Below, in pieces: positions 48,996 through 57,800 of a stretch of DNA of 64,000 bases. The DNA lies in assembly GCF_000981445.1 (NCBI RefSeq), contig NC_027217.1:1054001-1118000 (forward strand), in the 5' to 3' direction. Each line of letters starts with the position of its first letter. The first letter of the stretch is position 1. The notes beneath the pieces were generated by a model that worked only from the letters and a program-made list of their open reading frames with translations, was not told the origin of the DNA and did no database searches. The position numbers were made by a program, and so were the translations under genes. The DNA is from Babesia bigemina. Its lineage: Eukaryota.

Positions 48996-51900
48996 CTACT
49001 CCGACTTCGTTTCCTCCGATATGTAGCTTAATAGTCGCTTGACGTCATCAATAGTTAGTGCGACGCCATTGTGTTTGAGCCAGAATCCGACGAAGTAACG
49101 CCCCTGGTTATCCACCTCCAGGTCTTCGTCCTGCGTGGAAGCAGTATGCTCTGGAATCAACATCGTCGGTTGTGAATACAATGTTGCGTATTCTTCCTGA
49201 CAGTGACCGATTGGGTTTTCCAATGCAACATCGGTAAGGGAATCGTTATCCACTGGTTCAAGCGCATTCGCACTGCTTGCGAATATACGCGGGGCTCTCG
49301 AAGTGTCCACATATTTCAAAAGATCTCCATATGAAAGCGCTTTGTTGCCAACACCTGACTCCGAGAGATAATTCTCGATTAGATCGGCGGTAGAGGTGAC
49401 CATGTTATTGCATGCCGCACTGCCACCATACAACCTATCACACGCCTCCTCTCGCGATTTACGCCATGTTTTTACTGCTGAAGATAGTGAGTACGACTCA
49501 AACAGAAGACCGCTTTCGACTTCAGGCACTCCTGAAGTAGAATCACCTGCACCAGGAGATGTTATCATGTGTGCATTTTCAGCGCGGTGGTCGGACCACT
49601 TTCGCAGGAACGAGTTCCTGAACAAATCGTTCATTGAACTTATCTGCTGAGCTTTTACATAACGTTCTGCCACATTAGGCACCCATAGGGCTTCTTGAGC
49701 CAGGGTTTGCCGCTCTTTCGCATCGAAGCTATCCAAGAGCATATGGTTACCTTCTTCAGTTACAACACTATTCATCCACGCGAGAAGCTCGCCATAAACA
49801 TCTTTGTACACAATTTCAAGAATGGAATATGCCACGCAACGTTCCAACGTGAGAGCCTCTTGCATGCTCCAGGCCGACCACAAAAGGTCTAGGGGTACCT
49901 TGTTAATGTTCGATACTGGTCCGCTAAATAAAAAGTCGAGACCTACAAGGGACGCCTTCTTGAATGCAATGTAGTCAAGAAGCCCCTTGAAATTGTCCTC
50001 ATCTGCGTCATCTATCAGCTTATTACGGAGCTGCTTTTCAAACGAGGTCCAAGCACACAACCCAAAAAAGCTAATGGGCTTGTTCGAAAAACTGAAGTAG
50101 TCATCAAACAATGTGGCGAAGGGGTCATGATTGTATATGACTGAGCCATTGCTCGTAAAAATGTTCTTCAGGTAATTCATGTCCGCCCTGAACATATTCG
50201 ACAAGCCGTGATCCCACGTGAACGGTGACAAATCCGTCCCATAAGCCGATGTGGGGTACAACAGCCTAAACCATCGATCAATGGGCTTCGCATGTTCTTT
50301 TATGAAGAGCGTATAATTCCACCACTGGCTGACGAAAGACATGAATACAGCCATCAATAATCCGAACAACAAGGATATGTTTATCATGTACCCCTGGTAA
50401 CTCCGACATGTAGTTAGTAGCAACGCATATGAGGTGAACATTACAACTCCTTTGATAGTCAACAGAAGCACGTAATTACGGCTGGTGGTATAGAATCCGC
50501 CGTTGCTCGAATGATAGTAACGGCCGTAGATATAGCAAATCCCTAAACACAAGAACCAAGCAATATCAAAGTATCGTATATAATTCCTCAACGAGGCACA
50601 TGCCTTCTTGGACACCTTTAGACTACGCCTGAAAGCAAACTGCTGCGTAGCAGTAGGAGTAATAACAAAATTGCGCTTCTCAGCATCTATTCCCTTCAGA
50701 GATACCTTTACCTCATTTTGCAGCGACTGGAGCCTGTCACAAGTTTTGTTCATATTTGATGTCAGGGTATTAACTTGGTCATCCAATTTGAATATCCCAT
50801 CCTCGTGCTTCTTCGACAAATCAGAAGTGGACTCGACTACCTTGGTTATGGATTTTAAAGCAGAATCATACACAGTGCCATTTTCATCTAAAAACTTTTG
50901 CAAGGCGCATATGTGTTCTGCTTCAACATTGAATCTATTGCACATATAGGCGGCCACACTAGAAAGTTGGCCGTGGTACTGATCATACATAGAGTGCAAT
51001 TCTTTAGTACACGAATCTATATCAGTCAAATGACACCTTACGCAATCAACAGTATTGCATAGTGTTTTAATCCGACAAAGTAAGCTTTCATTACCTGTAT
51101 CAGCAACACCGTTGCCTAATTTCTTTAGTAATTTCTGCAATTCATCCGCACATCCGCACAAAACGCTGCACAAACCCTCTTTCCACATGCAACAGCACCC
51201 GTCAGATCCCTTATCTTTACATTTGCACGTCCTACTGCCATCGGCATTTTCACCACAAACTGTTGTGAAAAAAGTCTTTAATATGCATGATAGTGACTTG
51301 CAATTATCCTTTTCGCAGTTAACCGTCGAGGAATCAGTGCAAACATGGGAATCCGGGCTTCTACCATCAATATTGCAACCATATAAAAGTAACCGTGCCA
51401 CATCTTTGTTATTAGAATCAACCTTACACAACTGACTTTTATGTGGGTGTTGTCCCATTCCAGACGTACTGGTAGTAGCCTCACCAATCTTGTTGACAAA
51501 ATTTGTGACCGTTGATGCTATGGTGTTTGCACATTTCAATTTATCGGCAACTGCTTCGCATATTTTTTCCATTTTTGCAGTGATTGCGGAAAAAGATTCG
51601 CACGACTTCGTCAAACACTCTGATGCACCGGAATTTGTAGGGGTACCAATCGACGACAGTGAGCCCAATATATCAATAGCACATTCGTCGCTTTTACGAC
51701 ACGTATTACATTCCCTGATGAAGCAGTTACATGACTCACTTTTTACTTCCCCACGGGTGGCATGACATTTATTATCGCATTGGCATAACTGATTGAAATC
51801 AAGACTTATTTTCGCTAACATGCCGGCCGTTAGAGCACTTTCTTCTTCGAGTAGGTAATTAGCCATGTAAATCTTGGAACTAAAGTCTGCTGCGAATCTG

Positions 51901-54350
51901 CCAATGCCTACAAAACGGCGCAACGCATTCATATAGTTAGGCGTATCTTCATTAAAATCCAGTGTATTAGTAGCAATAACTTTCGACAGAAGGTGTATGG
52001 TTTCACGAAGTAAAGCGTCCCCATAATTCATTGATGACGATACATCATTAAGCCAATTGGACAACAAACGATCCAGAGTGTCGCAATAAAATCTACAGGC
52101 GCAATTCTTCCCTTCTTCCTTAACGCTGCATCTACAATTACCTACGTCCATGGCAAGGTCTGAGCTCATAATCATATCGAAGAAACACACAATCAATGTC
52201 AGCACGCGTACGTGTGAGACTGACGGCATTCTGCAGGATCCGTGGGGCGATGAGCGCTTCAAAATGTTAACTGCAATTTCACATTGTACTTGATGCAATT
52301 CCTGAACACATTTTGCTAACATAAAAATGGAGGAACAGCCACACTTTGCATTTGCATTACATTCTTTTACAAAGTTTACCTGTTTACAACAGTCATGTCT
52401 TTTTATCATCATATCTACTAATGGAGGACAACGCTCTAGAATTGTATCCATAGATTTGCATAATATAATCCACTCATTGACTGAATGCAAATAGCTGAGT
52501 AAAAACAGAAATTGTTCTAAAAAATAATCGAGATTTTCAGCAGCTTTTAATATTGAAGTATCATCCAGATCGTCCGATAATTCGGGTGACTGTCTTATTG
52601 CAGATGCGAGAGAACGTGCTTTCTCCATACAGTTACTCAGTTGCCTACCCATATGACAATTAACGGTATTCATAGCCAGCGACACGAAATTAGACAATGA
52701 AACCGTACCATCCCGTGCCGCACCAACAGCGTGCGAGGATCCTGGATTCATCTGATGTGAAGGAGTACCACCACTTCTATTCGCGGCGGATGTGCGCTCG
52801 GTAGTTTCTTCCGCAGATGTTGATGAGGCTTGTGGCTTTACAGAAGTCTTTTCTGCGGCCATATCGCTTTTATAAACACATATGTCACATTTCCAGCAAA
52901 GAGAATAATGTTCGATACAGCTACACTGCCCAACAAATCTATCCATAGCAGACTTCAAGTCATTATAAGAGCAATTTTCCTTAGCTAATTTCCCCACATC
53001 ATGCATCATAGACTCTGAAGACGCATCACACGAAGCTATAAAGGAGGATAGTAAACGCAAAAGCCGGTGCTTGGCCTCAGTAACGTCTTTGTATGTGATT
53101 AAACAGCCATTTGCATCATCGCTTCCTTCCGCAGACATATTACTACCATTAACCGTCTGTAAAACACTGTATATTGTCGCACAGCTGGTAAGATATGATG
53201 CATCTTTGTTGTCCTCATCTTCCCAGACATTCCAAAAGCCGGACGGCAACAAACACCAGGGTTGAGGCGTACGAAATAACCTCACTGGTTTACGGGCATT
53301 CGGGTTGTGATAATCCTTATCACCATCAATGATTTCAGATGTTACTGTGGTTTCGTCTCTTTTAGTGCCTCGTTCGATTTGCTCAACATCATTTCCTTGG
53401 ATGCCCTCATTTTCGCCCTCTTGTATTTCTGCGGCGAACGGCCTCGAAAAAGAATATATAACGAAGACACAAATAATGAAAAGATGAATCACGTTGTCCA
53501 GAATCGCAATTTGTCTTCCTTCCTTCACAGTCACGTTGAATAGAAATGATGATGCGGCAATTCCACACAGTGGAGACATTAGCCATCCAAATGAGCAGAG
53601 GAAAGTTCGACGCATCGAAGCAGAATTGAACATTAATCCGAACACTTTCCCAACCGACAATGTTAGGTATTCACTGCAAGAACTTTCCGAGTTGTTATGA
53701 ACAAGGAACGCTGTGAGTGATGCCGACACGAATGTGATTGCACTGAAAAGGTAAAGCATAACCTTTAACAAAAGCAGCGTCTGTATCACGTCTTCTGCCC
53801 TCATACCATAAAACGCCGTAACACAGGAAGTCATGATTCTTGGAATAAGGCTAGCACTGCTAGATCCGAGCAGAAAGAATAGCATGCACCTTAACGCTTC
53901 ATATATGGATTTACCTCCATATGGATTAAATATAAAGAAGAAGAAACATGATTGGAGTGATATAGATGATAACGAGCAGAATGCCACCAGACATTTTATC
54001 ATCACAGAGGATTTCAAAGCCATCCCATTGCAGTATACATAAGCCGATAACAGTCCATAGCTCACAAATATGCACCATGTAAGACACATAACGACGCACT
54101 TCGTCACTGAATTTGATAAGACCAACAGAATCAAAATGATAGACAGCGCACAGTGGATGCGCTTAGCGAAATACCAAAAGCCCTGCACCGTTAAGGGGCT
54201 TAAGCCCATGTGGCGCATCCATACGTACGACTCGAAGCTTGTTATTACGTTAAACAGTAACGCACTTAAGCCAACTAGGAAGCACGTCAAATACCAGATA
54301 GATTTGCGCGTCTTCCGACCGTACTTCACTGTATTCGCCATTTTATCCAT
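48996..54350 (-). CDS. Giant multi-pass membrane protein A (8+3 TM, ENT/Tpr-like) with Cys-rich and coiled-coil insertion; paralogue of the next gene
   Basis: Intronless 1784-aa ORF with about 8 hydrophobic segments in the first ~300 aa, 3 more near aa 1260-1350, and a Cys-rich middle. Shares motifs with 54896-60298. Confidence 0.85.
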   Translation of the reverse strand: MDKMANTVKYGRKTRKSIWYLTCFLVGLSALLFNVITSFESYVWMRHMGLSPLTVQGFWYFAKRIHCALSIILILLVLSNSVTKCVVMCLTWCIFVSYGLLSAYVYCNGMALKSSVMIKCLVAFCSLSSISLQSCFFFFIFNPYGGKSIYEALRCMLFFLLGSSSASLIPRIMTSCVTAFYGMRAEDVIQTLLLLKVMLYLFSAITFVSASLTAFLVHNNSESSCSEYLTLSVGKVFGLMFNSASMRRTFLCSFGWLMSPLCGIAASSFLFNVTVKEGRQIAILDNVIHLFIICVFVIYSFSRPFAAEIQEGENEGIQGNDVEQIERGTKRDETTVTSEIIDGDKDYHNPNARKPVRLFRTPQPWCLLPSGFWNVWEDEDNKDASYLTSCATIYSVLQTVNGSNMSAEGSDDANGCLITYKDVTEAKHRLLRLLSSFIASCDASSESMMHDVGKLAKENCSYNDLKSAMDRFVGQCSCIEHYSLCWKCDICVYKSDMAAEKTSVKPQASSTSAEETTERTSAANRSGGTPSHQMNPGSSHAVGAARDGTVSLSNFVSLAMNTVNCHMGRQLSNCMEKARSLASAIRQSPELSDDLDDTSILKAAENLDYFLEQFLFLLSYLHSVNEWIILCKSMDTILERCPPLVDMMIKRHDCCKQVNFVKECNANAKCGCSSIFMLAKCVQELHQVQCEIAVNILKRSSPHGSCRMPSVSHVRVLTLIVCFFDMIMSSDLAMDVGNCRCSVKEEGKNCACRFYCDTLDRLLSNWLNDVSSSMNYGDALLRETIHLLSKVIATNTLDFNEDTPNYMNALRRFVGIGRFAADFSSKIYMANYLLEEESALTAGMLAKISLDFNQLCQCDNKCHATRGEVKSESCNCFIRECNTCRKSDECAIDILGSLSSIGTPTNSGASECLTKSCESFSAITAKMEKICEAVADKLKCANTIASTVTNFVNKIGEATTSTSGMGQHPHKSQLCKVDSNNKDVARLLLYGCNIDGRSPDSHVCTDSSTVNCEKDNCKSLSCILKTFFTTVCGENADGSRTCKCKDKGSDGCCCMWKEGLCSVLCGCADELQKLLKKLGNGVADTGNESLLCRIKTLCNTVDCVRCHLTDIDSCTKELHSMYDQYHGQLSSVAAYMCNRFNVEAEHICALQKFLDENGTVYDSALKSITKVVESTSDLSKKHEDGIFKLDDQVNTLTSNMNKTCDRLQSLQNEVKVSLKGIDAEKRNFVITPTATQQFAFRRSLKVSKKACASLRNYIRYFDIAWFLCLGICYIYGRYYHSSNGGFYTTSRNYVLLLTIKGVVMFTSYALLLTTCRSYQGYMINISLLFGLLMAVFMSFVSQWWNYTLFIKEHAKPIDRWFRLLYPTSAYGTDLSPFTWDHGLSNMFRADMNYLKNIFTSNGSVIYNHDPFATLFDDYFSFSNKPISFFGLCAWTSFEKQLRNKLIDDADEDNFKGLLDYIAFKKASLVGLDFLFSGPVSNINKVPLDLLWSAWSMQEALTLERCVAYSILEIVYKDVYGELLAWMNSVVTEEGNHMLLDSFDAKERQTLAQEALWVPNVAERYVKAQQISSMNDLFRNSFLRKWSDHRAENAHMITSPGAGDSTSGVPEVESGLLFESYSLSSAVKTWRKSREEACDRLYGGSAACNNMVTSTADLIENYLSESGVGNKALSYGDLLKYVDTSRAPRIFASSANALEPVDNDSLTDVALENPIGHCQEEYATLYSQPTMLIPEHTASTQDEDLEVDNQGRYFVGFWLKHNGVALTIDDVKRLLSYISEETKSE

Positions 54351-54895
54351 ATTAAAACTTCCGTGCGGCAGGGAAATTTAAGATTACAACAACCTACACT
54401 TTGTTTGACCTTTAATCAGGGACTTCTATTACCATTTTCTGCTGTGTAGACAGGAATTATATATTTGCTCAGCTACCGATCCGCCGGCAGAACAGAACAA
54501 CGAAATCCACCAAAATCCAAATCAAAAAATATTTAATGAAAAATTTTCACCAATCATTCTAATTTTGTTTACCAACGGCCCTATTTTATCTTAGCGACGC
54601 CACTGCAGCAGAGCGTTTATGGGCTATTCGTACATACATTCATTGCCTATTGTCATTTATATTGCGTATAATTTCAGTATGATTAGTAGTCAAGGATTCT
54701 GTAGTGTATATTGTGAGGTAAAACCATCTGACCAACTGGATTATATGCCTAAACAATACACGGAAAAGGGTATTACGACCCGCAAGAAAATTGCGTCACG
54801 CCACCTTTAAAAGAGTAAAGCGTTTTCTATGTGCTTATATATTTAATGTGTGTTTAGGTCGGCTTTTCAGGCGTAGCAATAATAGGCTACCTCAC

Positions 54896-57800
54896 TCATA
54901 CAGTGGAACTTATAGACATGAGACTAACAGCGCCATTATTTATGTTCACACCGCTTAAACGGAGCCACTCGCCCAGGATATGATGTAGGCGTTCACTCTT
55001 AGCAGCCTGAACCTCATCCTCCAGTTTAGCCAGAGAACGTACTGAGTTCAAAGCCCCGAGATAACATGCGTCAGCACCACGCTGCCAACGCCATAGTGAA
55101 TTTGGTATAGCGCACGACTTTGTTCTACGGCTGTTGCTGGATGGTTTGAAAATCAGCACCGTTGTTTCGTAATCCCGGCTGCTATGGAATGTCTCATATG
55201 CTTCGTAGACTTCGCTTGCGCTACCATACACAGTGCCTTTTTCACGAGATTTTAGGAACGACTTGAATCGATTCACGACTACGTTAACCATATTTAGGCA
55301 ACGATCATCACCCATATATGACTCGTTGCACAATGCGGTTTTATTCGCTGCCCATGAGCGACATTGATTCTTCATTAGCGATAATGTAATGTCATTCCCT
55401 TCACTATCCCCGTGCTTACTATCCGACATATCCTTGTTTTTAGCCGTCAATCGGCTAAAAGAGCCAATTATGTTTTGCTTCATTTGCGACAAGCCTTTTT
55501 TCGCTTTTGTAAGGAAAGGCTCCCCCTTCGAAGTATCAGTCGAAGACACTGTACCCTTTTTGCAGCTTTTATTTTTTGTATTTTCTGCTTCTTTTGCGGT
55601 ATACTCTTCCCAATGTGCCTTATATTGCTCCTCAAAGAGTTTTACAACACCCGTATGCTGCGCAGAGAAGCGCGGCGGTTCGGGTACGAACGGCAAATCC
55701 AAACACTTAGCAGCTACCTCTGCAAGTACTTGCTGGCGGTACATTCGTAACGATTTCTCAAACAGCATAACATTCTTGCCCATATTTCGGAAGGAAGATT
55801 CTATTTCCTTTGATACTGTGTCAAGCGCGCGCAGGCGAATTTTATATAACGCGTGGTGCCCCTTTGTCACGCGCTTGCCGGTCGTCCATGCTTCCCATAG
55901 CATGTCTATAGGATAAGAAGCGTCATCATCGCGTATTGCATCAGTCAAAAAGTTCCAGTTCTTCTTAGACATAGTTGACAGAGCCAAAAAGTCAAAAAAC
56001 TTATCGTAATCATCATTGGGGCCTTCCAATACAACGTTCTTGATGTGATAGGTGACATGAGACTCCGTCCAAGAACGAGATATATCCGGGCATTTTTCAC
56101 GGTTAAGCACGAATACAGGTGAAAATCCCAAATTATAAGGATCCATATTGTATACAACACCCCTCACAGTGCAAAAATCAGATACTGCTTTCAAATCTGC
56201 CCTCATCATGCCGCGGAATCCGTCAGACCACCAACTTACATTTCCCAAGGGCTCGTCAACGTAGTCAGCGTACATCTGATGATAGGTCTTGGAATAGACA
56301 GAAAATTGATTGGTCAAATATGACCTAAAGCCGTAACCCTGCGAAAACCAAGAGAGTAATATGCTACATATAGTACCTATAAGGACCGTTGCGTTGACGA
56401 GGTAACCAGCTTGTTGAGGGATCTTTGAAATCTTGACAAAACCTTTAAGCACCATTATAGGTGCCATAAGTGCGCACGCCATTAGAAAAATCCGGTATAA
56501 CGTGATTTCTCTCAGGAACCTTATGGCAGGTAAAATCTCGATGCCTGCAATATGCAAAAACATGGCACAAGCGATTACGCCGTAAAAGGAACATTCGAAT
56601 ACATCGATGCAACTCGATGTATTGCTACAATTCTTCGATTTCTCAGTGCACAGTAGGTTGCAAAGGAAGCTCCTAACTGAGTCCATGTACAAGGAACGTC
56701 GGGTAGTGGCAATAACCTGAGTGGCTTGCGATGCTCGATCGTGTAAATCCAGCGCATAATCACCAATACTACTCATCGATTCGGAAGTCCTGCTTAAACC
56801 GTTCACCTGATTATCTAAAGCAGAAGAATATGCCCTGGTTTTCGCCTCCAGAACATTGCAACGACGTTGAATATTAGCAGATGAGGAACGTAACAATCGT
56901 GTATTTGTCTTCCACATTTTAATCAAAGATTCCATATATGCCTGTAATTGTGATCCTCTTTTCGTTGCGCAGTTTACCAATCTCACTAGACTCTTCTTAA
57001 TGCAGTTGTAGCACGCTTTGATGATGGTCACCGTTGTAGTAATGCACAAAGCGAAGGATCTAATTTCATTCACACTTTTACAAATGTGTGACACTTCTTC
57101 GTGTATTTGTTGCATGGTAGATGAGGTCTCTTTGACCTTACCACAAATTTCCTTAATATTATGACAGCATCCATTATTCGTACACGTTTTAATTTTTTCA
57201 GACGAATATTTACTCAAACAACAACCAATACAATTAGTGTCGCCAATAGTGTTGCAGTTTTCACCCACATCTGCACCTTTTGTAGCTTTGAAAATGGATT
57301 TCAGAACGTCGCACGTCAGGTTATTTACACAATCATTATTGACAGCCGAGCAACATGATTGTGAACCTACGCCAGAAGAGCTAGTACATTTGGTTAATGA
57401 TTCCACAAATGTAGGAAAACTACAGACGTTAGATATAACTGAGTGGTTGCAGCCGGATGTACCGCCATCTCTGCTGTTTCGACAAAATGTTGATTTTGTA
57501 AACGCGCCTAAACAAATGCAAAGTCCTTTCATCAAACAACTAACACCACATACAAGATCTGTGAGTGGTGTATCTCCGGCCACAGTTGAATCTTCGATAC
57601 GAGTGTTGCCACACAAACAACTTTCAAGACCGCAAGTATAACCATGGCATTTAGTGTTATCACAGCAACAATCCTTCGTACATTCATCAGTGTTAACATT
57701 CTGACTTACGCTCGACCCAGTGCTACATGTACAATCTTTCATACTAAAGCAACAGTCATCCTTACCGTCCGCATTAGTTGTACGTGTGCATAGTATGCAT

